A DNA stretch of 64,000 bases, taken from contig CALJER010000016.1 in NCBI GenBank assembly GCA_938074535.1, forward strand, positions 11,356 to 75,355, read 5' to 3'. The notes under the pieces were generated by a model. The model had not been told where the DNA came from. It saw only the letters and a list, made by a program, of their open reading frames with translations, and did not search any database. Positions 49,736 through 62,519 of the stretch are shown here, in pieces. The position numbers were made by a program, and so were the translations under genes. Every line of letters begins with the position of its first letter. The stretch's first letter is position 1. This DNA comes from an uncultured archaeon (GTDB taxonomy: Archaea > Hadarchaeota > Hadarchaeia > Hadarchaeales > WYZ-LMO6).

Positions 49736-50617
49736 CTGCAGGATCAGGCCAGCGTGCTGCTGGAGGCCCTGCCCTACATCAGGCGCTTTCACGGGCAGAC
49801 GATGGTGATAAAGCTCGGGGGTGAGGTCATGGAGAAGAAAAAGACCCTCGATTCCCTCCTCCAGGATGTGGTCCTCCTGCACTACGTGGGGATGAAGCCC
49901 GTGCTGGTGCACGGGGGAGGCCCGGAGATTACCAGGGAGATGAAGAAGGCGGGAAAGGAGCCGGAGTTCGTGGCGGGGCTGCGCGTGACCGACCGGGAGA
50001 CCATAGAGATCCTGCACAAGTACCTGGTGGGGAAGCTCAACACGGAGATCGTGCTGGGGATAAACAAGCACGGGGGAAAGGCCGTGGGAATTTCCGGGAT
50101 GGATGGGAAGATGATTCTGGCGAGAAAGATCAGGGAGGTGACCACACCCGACGGTGAGAAGGTGCAGGTGGATCTGGGGTTCGTGGGGGAGATAGAGAGG
50201 ATAGACCCGCACATGGTGAACTTCCTGCTCTCCAACGGCTACATACCCGTGCTCTCCCCCCTGGGAGTGGACGAGGAGGGGAGGAGCCTGAACCTCAACG
50301 CCGACACCGTGGCCGCTGAGCTGGCGGTGGTGATGGGCGCCAGGAAGCTCATCGTCCTCACCAACGTGAAGGGAATCCTCCGCGACCCCAAGGACGAGGG
50401 GAGCCTGATTTCCCAGCTCACGGTGGAGGAGTCAAAATCCCTTCTGGCTTCGGGGGTGGTTACGGGAGGTATGATCCCCAAGCTCAAGGCCTGCATCAGG
50501 GCGGTGGAAGGGGGGGTGGAGAGGGCCCACGTCCTGCAGGGGACGATGCCCCATGCCCTGCTCCTCGAGCTCCTCACGGACAGGGGGGCGGGGACCATGA
50601 TCGAGAAAGGGAAGTGA
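49736..50617 (+). CDS. argB: Acetylglutamate kinase; probable CTG start at 49736 (first canonical GTG 49754)
   Basis: LLEALPYI, KLGG, VHGGGP, GLRVTD, NLNAD, GGMIPK. Confidence 0.95.
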   Translation: MQDQASVLLEALPYIRRFHGQTMVIKLGGEVMEKKKTLDSLLQDVVLLHYVGMKPVLVHGGGPEITREMKKAGKEPEFVAGLRVTDRETIEILHKYLVGKLNTEIVLGINKHGGKAVGISGMDGKMILARKIREVTTPDGEKVQVDLGFVGEIERIDPHMVNFLLSNGYIPVLSPLGVDEEGRSLNLNADTVAAELAVVMGARKLIVLTNVKGILRDPKDEGSLISQLTVEESKSLLASGVVTGGMIPKLKACIRAVEGGVERAHVLQGTMPHALLLELLTDRGAGTMIEKGK

Positions 50618-51805
50618 ATGGAGGAGGTTTTCAGGCTGGACAGGGAGTACCTAGCCCAGACCTACAAGCGGTTGCCCGTGGCCTTCGTGAGGGGAAAGGG
50701 GATGTTCCTCTGGGACCTGAAGGGGAAGAGGTACCTTGACTTCGTGGCCGGGGTGGCCGTGAGCGTGCTCGGGCACGCCGACCCGGAGCTCTGCAGGGCC
50801 ATCTCCCGGCAGGCGGGGAGACTCATCCACATGACCAACCTGGTGCACATCAGGGAGCAGGTGGAGCTGGGGAGGGAACTGGCGCGGATAGCCCCCGGGG
50901 AGGTGAGGAAGTTCTTCTTCTCCAACTCCGGGGCGGAGAGCGTGGAAACGGCCCTCAAGCTCTCGGTGAAGCACGCGCGGAGGAGGAAGATCCTGGTAGC
51001 GGAAAACTCCTTCCACGGCAGGACGCTGGGGGCCCTCTCCGCGACCTGGAAGCCCTCTTACCGGGAGCCCTTCCGCTCCCTCCTCCTCCCCAACTTCCAG
51101 TTCATCCCCTTCAACGACCTTTCCTCGGCGGAGAAGGCCGTGGACGGGGACACGGCGGCGGTGATGGTGGAGCCCATCCAGGGGGAGGGGGGCGTGAGGG
51201 TGGCTTCCCCCGAGTTCCTCAGGGGCCTTAGGGAACTGTGCGAGGAGAGGGGGGCCCTCCTCATTTTGGACGAGGTGCAGACGGGCGTGGGGAGGACGGG
51301 CAGGTGGTTCGCGTGCGAGCACTATGGGGTGGAGCCCGACGTGGTCACGCTGGCCAAGGGGCTGGCGGGAGGGGTTCCCATAGGGTGCACGGGCGCCCGC
51401 CCCGAGGTGATGGACAGCTTCCAGCCAGGCGACCACGGGGCCACCTTTGGAGGAAACCCCCTCGCCTGCACCGCTGCGCTAACGGTGATAAGGATCCTGA
51501 AGAGGAGAAAGCTGGTGAGGCGGGCGGAGAGGATGGGGGAGTACTTCATGAGGGGGCTGAAGGAGCTGGAGGAGGACCACCCCTGCGTGAGGGAGGTGAG
51601 GGGAAAGGGCCTCATGCTGGGGATGGAGCTGGACGGGGAGGAAAGGGCGGAGGAGGTGGTGAAGGAGGCCCTGAAGAGGGGTTTCCTGATCAACGCGACC
51701 GCGGGGAACGTCCTCAGGTTCCTACCTCCCCTGATCGTGGAGGAGCCCCACGTGGATGCCCTGATCTCCACCCTCGATGAGCTGCTGGGGAAGGTGGGAG
51801 GATGA
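50618..51805 (+). CDS. argD: Acetylornithine aminotransferase
   Basis: NSGAE, FHGRT, EPIQGEGG, DEVQTG, AKGL, GATFGGNP. Confidence 0.94.
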   Translation: MEEVFRLDREYLAQTYKRLPVAFVRGKGMFLWDLKGKRYLDFVAGVAVSVLGHADPELCRAISRQAGRLIHMTNLVHIREQVELGRELARIAPGEVRKFFFSNSGAESVETALKLSVKHARRRKILVAENSFHGRTLGALSATWKPSYREPFRSLLLPNFQFIPFNDLSSAEKAVDGDTAAVMVEPIQGEGGVRVASPEFLRGLRELCEERGALLILDEVQTGVGRTGRWFACEHYGVEPDVVTLAKGLAGGVPIGCTGARPEVMDSFQPGDHGATFGGNPLACTAALTVIRILKRRKLVRRAERMGEYFMRGLKELEEDHPCVREVRGKGLMLGMELDGEERAEEVVKEALKRGFLINATAGNVLRFLPPLIVEEPHVDALISTLDELLGKVGG

Positions 51806-52740
51806 AGAGGGATTTGCTGGGAATGGAGGACCTGAGCAGGAGGGAGGTGGAGGAGCTCCTGAGACTGGCCGGGAGATACAAGAAGGGGAGAAAGAAGGGG
51901 AGCTCTTCGGAGCTCAGGGGCAAGACCGTGGCCCTGATCTTCGAGAAGCCCTCCACCAGGACCAGGGTCTCCTTCGAGGTGGCCGTCCACGAGATGGGCG
52001 GCAAGCCCCTCTTCCTCAGCTCCCAGGAGCTGCAGCTCAGCAGGGGGGAGACGGTGGCGGACACCGCCAGGACCCTCAGCCGGTACGTGCACGGCATCGT
52101 GGCCAGGGTCTCCTCCCACGACAACCTGGTGGAGCTGGCCAGGTACAGCACCATTCCCGTGATCAACGCCCTCAGTCCCCTCCAGCACCCCTGCCAGGCC
52201 CTCGCCGACCTGCTGACCATGCAGGAGCAGAAGGGGAAGCTGAAGGGCCTGAAGGTGGCCTGGGTGGGCGACGGAAACAACGTGTGCAACTCCCTGATGC
52301 TGGGGTGCGCCACTTTGGGCAGCCACTTCCGAGCCGCCGTTCCTCCGGGCTACGAGCCCCCCGCGGAGCTGGTGGAGCTGGCCAGGCGGAGGGCGGAGGA
52401 AAGCGGGGGAAGCGTGGAGATAGGGCATGATCCCAAGGAGGTGGTCTCCGGAGCGGAAGTGGTGTACACCGACGTCTTCGTTTCCATGGGGAAGGAAGAG
52501 GAGAGGGAGAGGAGGAAGAGGGACTTCCAGGGTTTCCAGGTGAACTCACAGCTCCTGTCGCTGGCGAGCGAGGAGGTGATCTTCATGCACTGTTTGCCTG
52601 CCCACAGGGGGGAGGAAGTTACCGACGAGGTCATAGACGGCCCCCACTCCGTGGTCTTCGATCAGGCCGAGAACAGGCTCCACGCTCAAAAGGCCGTGCT
52701 CTTCAAACTTCTCTCAGGTCGGGCCCGATCATCCCCTTGA
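51802..52740 (+). CDS. argF: Ornithine carbamoyltransferase
   Basis: STRTR, HPCQ, SMG, HCLP, AENR. Confidence 0.96.
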   Translation: MKRDLLGMEDLSRREVEELLRLAGRYKKGRKKGSSSELRGKTVALIFEKPSTRTRVSFEVAVHEMGGKPLFLSSQELQLSRGETVADTARTLSRYVHGIVARVSSHDNLVELARYSTIPVINALSPLQHPCQALADLLTMQEQKGKLKGLKVAWVGDGNNVCNSLMLGCATLGSHFRAAVPPGYEPPAELVELARRRAEESGGSVEIGHDPKEVVSGAEVVYTDVFVSMGKEEERERRKRDFQGFQVNSQLLSLASEEVIFMHCLPAHRGEEVTDEVIDGPHSVVFDQAENRLHAQKAVLFKLLSGRARSSP

Positions 52741-53896
52741 GGGCCATCCTGGTGAGGGCCCTAGGACCCAGGGAAGTCAGAAGGCGGGGCAGGTTGTGGA
52801 AGAAGGGGTCCAGGAGGGTGAGGTGGTGGTCGAAGTCCGCCTTCCTGAGGATTTCCTCCCGCAGCCTTGGCTCGGCCAGGCACTTCACCAGGGCATCCAG
52901 CTCCTCGTCGGAGAGGGCGAGCAGGAGCTTCCTCACCCTCCTCCCCACTGCGAACTCCCTCCCGAAGCTCCTCTCCACCTCCCTGGGATAGAGCTTCAGC
53001 AGGGAAGGGTCCCCCCTCTCCAGGGAAAGGGAGAGGGCCTCGGAGGCCCTGAGGGCACAGGAGAGGCCCAGGTAGATGCCTCCACCGGTGAGGGGCTTAA
53101 CCTGGCAGGCCGCGTCCCCGACCAGGAGAACGGACCCCCCCACCAAGCGTTTGGGTGGATCGTAGGGGATGAGACCGAAAGAAAGCTTACCCGGTTCGCC
53201 CCTCACGCGCGGTGAGAGGAGCCTGAGAAGGGAGCGCAGTCCCCTGCCAGGATCCCCCTTCAAAGTCCCCGTTCCCACCCTCACCACGTCGCCGGCAGGG
53301 ACCAGCCACCCGAACAGCCCCACGCTCGAGCTTCCCAGGTACACTTCCGCGGTGTCCGCCTCCGCCTCCGCCCTCACTTCCACCTGGACGCACCTGATGA
53401 ACCTCCTCCTGCCCATCATCCCGCTCCTCCTGGCCACGGTGGAAGTGGGTCCATCCGCCCCCGCCAGTGTCCTGGTCCTCACCTCGCCCTCCCTTTTCCC
53501 TGCCAGCCCCACCACCGGATTCCTCCTGCCTTTCACCTCCACGCAGCGCGTTCCAAGCTCCACCTCCGCGCCCGCCTCGGAGGCCCGCTCGGCCAGGTGC
53601 CTGTCGAAAGCGCTTCGGTCCAGCACCAGGGCCTCCGTCCTTCCCCTGTCCAGCTCCAGGACCTCCCCTGAGGGGGAGAAGATCAGCCCCCTCCTGAGCT
53701 TGTTGAGGGCGAACTTTTCCGCCCTGAGTCCCAGCTCCCTCATCCCCGCCACCCCCACCACCCCCGCACAGGAGACGGGCTTTCCTATCTGAGCGTGCTC
53801 CTCCACCAGCAGCACCTCAAAACCTTTCCTAGCCACCCTCTCGGCCAGGAAGCAGCCGCAGGGGCCCCCTCCCACCACCACCAGGTCCTTCCTCAT
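52703..53896 (-). CDS. Geranylgeranyl reductase family flavoprotein
   Basis: VVGGGPCG, IG.PVSCAG, ADG, GWLVP, VGDAACQVKPLTGGGI. Confidence 0.9.
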   Translation of the reverse strand: MRKDLVVVGGGPCGCFLAERVARKGFEVLLVEEHAQIGKPVSCAGVVGVAGMRELGLRAEKFALNKLRRGLIFSPSGEVLELDRGRTEALVLDRSAFDRHLAERASEAGAEVELGTRCVEVKGRRNPVVGLAGKREGEVRTRTLAGADGPTSTVARRSGMMGRRRFIRCVQVEVRAEAEADTAEVYLGSSSVGLFGWLVPAGDVVRVGTGTLKGDPGRGLRSLLRLLSPRVRGEPGKLSFGLIPYDPPKRLVGGSVLLVGDAACQVKPLTGGGIYLGLSCALRASEALSLSLERGDPSLLKLYPREVERSFGREFAVGRRVRKLLLALSDEELDALVKCLAEPRLREEILRKADFDHHLTLLDPFFHNLPRLLTSLGPRALTRMALKGMIGPDLREV

Positions 53897-53947
53897 CCCA
53901 TCCCTTTCCCACCCCAAACCTTAAGAGAGACGCGTGGGAGGGAAGGT

Positions 53948-54304
53948 GTGATAGGTACCCTCCTCTACGGAGTGGCGGGCGTGCTGGCCCTCCTCATACC
54001 CGGCCTGCTGCTGAGCCTGGTGGCCTATCCGGGGAAGGGGCAGCTCGATCTTCCCTCCAGGATGGCGGTGAGTTTTGGACTGGGGGTCCTCCTCAACGCA
54101 TATCTGGTTCTCCTCCTGGGCAGGGTCAACCTCCTCTCCGCTTCCCCCTTCTCCCTCTCCCTCCTGCTCCTCTGCGCTGGGTTGTGTGCGCTGGCGCTCC
54201 TGAGGGGTGCTTACCTCCTCTCACCCCTCAGGAGGCTCCTCGTAAGGCCCAGGAGGGGAACCCCCGTATCCGGGGAGGGACCGGCCGAGGCGGGGGGAAG
54301 CTGA
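53948..54304 (+). CDS. DUF1616-like membrane protein
   Basis: LLIPGLLL...YP....D...R.AVSFGLG pattern with several TM helices. Confidence 0.65.
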   Translation: MIGTLLYGVAGVLALLIPGLLLSLVAYPGKGQLDLPSRMAVSFGLGVLLNAYLVLLLGRVNLLSASPFSLSLLLLCAGLCALALLRGAYLLSPLRRLLVRPRRGTPVSGEGPAEAGGS

Positions 54305-54483
54305 TGGCAGGCATACCCGAGAACTACCGCAGCTACCTCATCTATCAGGTCCTGCAGGGGACCAGGTTCTCCAAGTTCTTGAGGGAGAGGTACGGTCTGA
54401 CGGTGGAGGACTACGAGCGGATGGAGGAAGGCAGAAGGAAGGAAGTCTGGGAGGAGTTCCTGAAGTACTGCGGTAAGAAGTGA
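54304..54483 (+). CDS. Small hypothetical protein (59 aa)
   Basis: MAGIPENYRSYLIYQVLQGTRFSKFLRERYGLTVEDYERMEEGRRKEVWEEFLKYCGKK; TGATG coupling with the upstream gene. Confidence 0.7.
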   Translation: MAGIPENYRSYLIYQVLQGTRFSKFLRERYGLTVEDYERMEEGRRKEVWEEFLKYCGKK

Positions 54484-54499
54484 TCTCCCCGGGGATGGG

Positions 54500-55441
54500 A
54501 TGGGAAAGAGGGTGCTTCTGGACATGGATCCGGGGATAGACGACGCACTGGCCCTTCTCCTGGCCCTCAAATCCCCGGAGCTGGAGGTCAGGGCCATCAC
54601 CACCGTGGCGGGAAACGTGGAGGTGGAGAAGACCACCAGGAATGCCCTCAGGATTCTTGAGTACCTGGGCCTGGAAACCCCTCCGGTGGTCATGGGCAGC
54701 GACCGTCCGCTGGTCCGGGAGCTCTTCACGGCCAAACATGTGCACGGGCAGGACGGATTGGGGGGCCTTCCCCTCCCCGAACCAGGGCTCAGCCCCCTGC
54801 CAGGGAGGGCGGAGGAGGTGATGGCCGAAGAGGTGGAGAGGGGAGAAAAGACGACGCTGGTGTGCACGGGCCCCCTCACCAACCTCGCCCTGGCCCTGCA
54901 GAAGCATCCGGGGATGGCCAGAAGGGTGGAAAAAGTGGTGGTGATGGGCGGGGCTTACGGCCTCTCCGCCTACGGGTGCGGGAACGTTACTCCCGTGGCA
55001 GAGTACAACTTTTACGTGGACCCTGAAGCGGCCGATCTGGTCCTCGGGTCTGGTGCCCCCCTCCTCTGCGTGGGATTGGACGTGACCATGGATCCCGCGG
55101 CCATGCTGTCGGAGGAAGAGTACAAGGAGCTGAGAAGAGGCAAAACTAGGGAAGCAAGACTGGCGGCGGAACTCCTGAAGCCGATGATGAGGAGGTTCGG
55201 CCGGGTGGCCCTGCACGATCCCATGGCGCTGGCTGCCGTGCTGAGGCCAGGACTCTTCAGGACGGGAAAGCACCGTGTGAGGGTGGAGACCAGGGGGGAA
55301 CTCACTAGAGGACAGGCGGTGGTGGACAGGAGGAGCTTTGTTCTTCCCGGGGAGGAATGGGAGGGGTACGAGGCGAGGGTCTGCGAGAAAGTGGACGGAA
55401 AAGGTTTCCTGCGGTTCTTCCTGGAGAGGCTGATGGAGTGA
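54500..55441 (+). CDS. Nucleoside hydrolase (IU-NH family)
   Basis: DMDPGIDD, GN, HGQDG, GPLTN, AEYN, LHDP. Confidence 0.94.
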   Translation: MGKRVLLDMDPGIDDALALLLALKSPELEVRAITTVAGNVEVEKTTRNALRILEYLGLETPPVVMGSDRPLVRELFTAKHVHGQDGLGGLPLPEPGLSPLPGRAEEVMAEEVERGEKTTLVCTGPLTNLALALQKHPGMARRVEKVVVMGGAYGLSAYGCGNVTPVAEYNFYVDPEAADLVLGSGAPLLCVGLDVTMDPAAMLSEEEYKELRRGKTREARLAAELLKPMMRRFGRVALHDPMALAAVLRPGLFRTGKHRVRVETRGELTRGQAVVDRRSFVLPGEEWEGYEARVCEKVDGKGFLRFFLERLME

Positions 55442-56385
55442 TCCCTAAGATAGCGGTGGTGGGTAGCCTGCACGTGGACCTCCTCCTGAGGACGGAGAGG
55501 CTGCCCCATCCCGGCGAAACTTTGCTGGGGAAAGAACTGAGGATGGGGATGGGAGGGAAGGGCGCCAACCAGGCGGTGGCCGCCGCCAGGCTGGGGGCAA
55601 AGGTCTGGATGGTGGGAAGGGTGGGGAGGGACGAGTACGGGAAGAAAATGGTGGAGAACCTGAGGAGGAACGGGGTGGAGGTCTCCCACGTCAGGGTAAA
55701 CGGGAGACCCTCAGGCATGGCCTTCATCTTCGTGGACAGGAGGGGGGAGAACCTCATAGGGGTATACCCAGGGGCGGACGAAGGCTGTGGCGTGGAGGAC
55801 GTGGAAGGGGCGAGATCGGTCCTCCGGAAGGCGGACCTCCTCCTCACCCAGCTGGAGCTGCCCCTGCCCACGGTGGAGAGGGCGCTGGAAGTGGCTGCGG
55901 AGGAGGGGAAAAAGAAGGTGCTGAACCTGGCTCCCTCCAGGCCTCTTTCCCCGGGCGCTTGGAAGGGGATAGACGTGTTGGTGGCCAACGAGGGGGAAGC
56001 CCGTCGGGCAGTGGGGAGGGGAAGGGTGAGGGACCTGGCGGAGAGGCTGAGGAGGAAAGGTCCTGAGGCGGTGGTCATCACCCTAGGGGAGAGGGGCTCC
56101 TACCTCATGACGGGAGAGGGGGGTAGAAGGGTGGAGGGGGTGAAGGTCAGGGTGAAGGACACCACGGGTGCAGGGGACGCCTTTTGCGGGGCTCTGGCCG
56201 TAGCCCTGGCCTCCGGGAGACCGCTGGAAGAGGCCGTACTATGGGCCAACTGCGCCGGGGCCCTGGCCACCACTAGGGTTGGGGCCCAGGAGGCACTTCC
56301 CTCCCGGGAGGAGGTGGACCGTCTTTTCCGGAGACTGGTGAGTGAAAAATTTAAGGGGGGAGGAAAAGAGGGGTTGGGCCCGTAG
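55438..56385 (+). CDS. rbsK: Ribokinase
   Basis: GGKGANQA, QLE, NEGE, DTTGAGDAF; stop codon lies inside the tRNA gene. Confidence 0.92.
   Translation: MIPKIAVVGSLHVDLLLRTERLPHPGETLLGKELRMGMGGKGANQAVAAARLGAKVWMVGRVGRDEYGKKMVENLRRNGVEVSHVRVNGRPSGMAFIFVDRRGENLIGVYPGADEGCGVEDVEGARSVLRKADLLLTQLELPLPTVERALEVAAEEGKKKVLNLAPSRPLSPGAWKGIDVLVANEGEARRAVGRGRVRDLAERLRRKGPEAVVITLGERGSYLMTGEGGRRVEGVKVRVKDTTGAGDAFCGALAVALASGRPLEEAVLWANCAGALATTRVGAQEALPSREEVDRLFRRLVSEKFKGGGKEGLGP
56344..56355 (+). promoter_or_regulatory. BRE/TATA (GAAAAATTTAAG) for tRNA-Ile, inside rbsK 3' end
   Basis: About 21-32 nt upstream of the mature tRNA 5' end. Confidence 0.6.
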
Positions 56386-56453
56386 CTTAGCATGGTTAGA
56401 GCGCTCGGCTGATAACCGGGAGGTCCTGGGTTCAAATCCCAGCGGGCCCACCA
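56376..56453 (+). tRNA. tRNA-Ile (GAT), intronless, CCA encoded
   Basis: GGGCCCG/CGGGCCC acceptor stem, D arm, CTCGG-CT GAT AA-CCGGG anticodon arm, CTGGG-TTCAAAT-CCCAG T arm, ACCA end. Confidence 0.97.
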
Positions 56454-56582
56454 TCATCCAACCGGAGGAAGAGAGAACGGTACTTCAACGGGACCCCTCA
56501 GAAAAGCGATCCGCAGGATTTATAGGGATATCGAATTTTGGTCGACGAAAAAAGATCCAAGGGGAAATGGTCAAATAGTGCC

Positions 56583-56854
56583 TTAAACCCTTTCGGAGGC
56601 GAGTCTCGGCGGGACCGCTATCATCTTCCGTGCGCCCTTTCTTCCTTGGCCCGCTAGAGCATGAAGTTCAGCCCCCGGTCCACCACAGAGGGGGCACACG
56701 TACAGACTGTTCTGTTTCTCCTGGAAAGGGTAGTACACTATGGTGCTGTGACATCTCCGGCACCTTATGCCGGTTAACCCCGCTCCCCCGTTCCCCGCTC
56801 CCGCCCTCCCAAAGAACTTAGAATCCGTGCTTCCGGGTTCTTCCCTACCCCCAT
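56583..56854 (-). pseudogene. Putative CPxCG-type zinc-finger small protein, start out of frame
   Basis: Open frame 56873-56583 encodes ...GIRCRRCHSTIVYYPFQEKQNSLYVCPLCGG...; ATG 56854 joins it if one G is added to the G5 run. Confidence 0.45.
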
Positions 56855-57033
56855 AAGCTCCACGCGGGTTTGGTTAACCCCCCTCTCATCCTCCCCTTAG
56901 CCATTTGAGTCAAAGTTTTTGTATTAACTAAGGCGGGTGTATAGTGTGGTACATTTTTGTGGATATCTAATTTGGTGCTCAACCGGCACATCCACCCACA
57001 TCAGGATTTATCCACCAAACTTGGGTCGCCACC

Positions 57034-57588
57034 TCATCCCAGGGAAAAGGTCCTGAGATCCTCGTAAATCGGGCCCCTGGGCGTGAGCACGCTTTTCTTC
57101 AGATGGACCTCCCTCACCTCCATCCTTCCAAACTCTTCCTTCCCTCCCTCCTCCACCGCCCTCAGGAACTCCCCCCTGTTCTTCACGTTCTTCACCCTTG
57201 CCAGCGTCAGGTGTGGGACGAACTCCGGGTCCCTGGGAAAGCCCAGCCTCCCCAGCTCCCTGTCCACGCCCCTCTGCAAGGAGGAGACCTTCTCCCATCC
57301 CTCCCCCACCCCGGCCCACACCACCCTCACGTACTGCGGACTGGGGAAGACCCCTGTTCCCTTCACTTCCATCGTGAAGGGGAAAACTCCCGAACACCCG
57401 CGCCGCAGGGCCTCCTCCACCTCCCCCAACCTCCCCTCCTCCACCTCCCCCAGGAACTTCAGGGTGAGGTGCAGGTTCTCCGGCTCCACCAGCTTGAGGG
57501 AGGCCCATCCCCGAAGGAGTTTCCGCTGGAACCTCTCCAGTCTCTCCCGTACCTCCTCGCTTATCTCCAGGGCAACGAAGGTTCTCAT
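57034..57588 (-). CDS. thpR: RNA 2',3'-cyclic phosphodiesterase (2'-5' RNA ligase family)
   Basis: Two HxT motifs: NLHLTLKFLG and PHLTLAR. Confidence 0.94.
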   Translation of the reverse strand: MRTFVALEISEEVRERLERFQRKLLRGWASLKLVEPENLHLTLKFLGEVEEGRLGEVEEALRRGCSGVFPFTMEVKGTGVFPSPQYVRVVWAGVGEGWEKVSSLQRGVDRELGRLGFPRDPEFVPHLTLARVKNVKNRGEFLRAVEEGGKEEFGRMEVREVHLKKSVLTPRGPIYEDLRTFSLG

Positions 57589-57597
57589 CCTTCTTCC

Positions 57598-60890
<3,293 letters not shown>

Positions 60891-61015
60891 CACTTTTTTC
60901 CACGGTGAGATATAAAAAAGTTTTCCGATTCTCAGCTCCAAAATCTCTTTTTCGCACACGTTCTGCATGAGGGCATTCTGCAAACCTTTTTGTGCATCCG
61001 GTAAGGAAGTCAGCC

Positions 61016-62041
61016 ATGATAAAGCAGCCCTCGTCCTGATCCCGTTGCTCCTGCTGGCTTCCATTGTCCTTACCGTGGGAAGGCGAGAAAAGCCATCTTC
61101 CCTTCCCCTGGCGGAGAGGAGTTTCTGGCTGGGTCTGGTGCCCAACCAGGCGAACTCTCCCAACAGCACCTTCGAGGATCTGGTGGAGGCCTACGAGGAG
61201 GCGGGTGAAATAGCGGAGGTGGGAATGGTCTGGGTGGAGAACCAGGGAATAGGGGAGTTTGAGCTTCTGAAGAGGAACGGGGCGGTCACGGCATTGAAAG
61301 TTTACGGACTGAAGCCCTTCCTCACCCCGAACTTCGCCACGGTGAGGGTGGGACCAGGTGGCCTGAGCTACGAGGTGGAGGCTCCTGAAGGCATCACCCC
61401 CAGCCTCTCGGATCCCGGCTTCAGGGAAGCCTGGGTGGGGGAGGCCCGGAGGATGGCGGAGGAGTTCAAGCCGGAATACTTTTCGCTTGGGAACGAGGTG
61501 AACGACCACTTCTATCTGCACCCCGAGGATTTGGATCCCTACCTCTCCCTGCTGGAGGAGGCCTGCGCAGCCGTGAAGCAGGTTTCTTCAGGCACCAAGG
61601 TGGTGGTCGTCCTCTCCTACAACCACCTCCTGCAGCATCAGCAGTGGGGGCTTCTCCAGGGGCTGGGCAGCAGGGTGGACGTGATGGGGCTCACCACCTA
61701 TCCCTACAAAACGTTTGCCTCCCCGGAGGCTCTTCCTCAGGACTGCTACTCGAGAGTGGAGCGGTACACGAGCAGGCCCATCGCCTTCACGGAGATAGGC
61801 TGGAGCTCCTCTGGAAACTCCGGGACCATGCAGGCAAACTTCCTGGTGAGGTTTTTGGAGTTGACAAAAAACATGAATTTGGAAATGGTGAACTGGCTCT
61901 TCCTTCACGAAACGGTGGTGGGGGCCTCCTGGGTCATCTCTCCGCCCCTAAGACAGGGACGGTAGCGCTGAAAAAATGGACGGCAGTGAGAAGGAAGTGT
62001 ACCGCGTCTGGGTGGAACTGAAGGGAAAGCCCCGCCGTTAG
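61016..62041 (+). pseudogene. Secreted/membrane-anchored clan GH-A glycoside hydrolase-like gene with homopolymer frameshifts
   Basis: N-terminal hydrophobic helix, LGNEVN and FTEIGW. The C-terminus continues through frameshifts at G5 (61920-24) and A6 (61971-76) to MDGSEKEVYRVW...*. ATG 61016 is also 1 nt out of frame. Confidence 0.65.
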
Positions 62042-62102
62042 ATTCGAACCGCTTCATCCCCCTTGTTCTTCCTTTATCAGTTTCTCCACCACCAGCGGGG
62101 AG

Positions 62103-62519
62103 ATGAGGATATGGCTACCCCTGGTTGCCCTTCTCCTTTCTCTCCTTTTCCTCCTCCTTCACCCGAGGGGGAGCGGGCCCGCCTTCCACTTCTCCGCCGA
62201 GGTGCTTCGGGTGATCGACGGTGACACGATGGAGATCAGAATCCTGGAGAGTCATGGGTGGCCGGAGGCGGGGAGGGTGGAGAAGCTCAGGCTGGCCAGG
62301 GTGGATGCCTTCGAGCTTTCCGAGGCCAGAGGGGTTCTCGCCAAGGTTTTCATGGACTCCCTCTGCCCTCCAGGGGAGAGGATTTACGGTAGGGTGGACG
62401 GAGGAAGGGATCCCTACGGGAGGCTCCTGGCGCACGTTTACCTGAGAAGGGGGGAAGAATGGATGGACGTGGGAGAGGAACTGCTCAGGAGAAGGCTTGC
62501 CAGAAGATGGGAGGACTAG
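62103..62519 (+). CDS. Thermonuclease (SNase) family protein with signal/TM helix
   Basis: RVIDGDT, LRLARVDAFE, DPYGRLLAHVY. Confidence 0.88.
   Translation: MRIWLPLVALLLSLLFLLLHPRGSGPAFHFSAEVLRVIDGDTMEIRILESHGWPEAGRVEKLRLARVDAFELSEARGVLAKVFMDSLCPPGERIYGRVDGGRDPYGRLLAHVYLRRGEEWMDVGEELLRRRLARRWED

Noticed and set aside
56710-56732. ORB-like TTTCTCCTGGAAAGGG suggesting a replication origin
   Set aside because: It is a single poor match, no cdc6/orc1 is nearby, and it lies within the zinc-finger frame.
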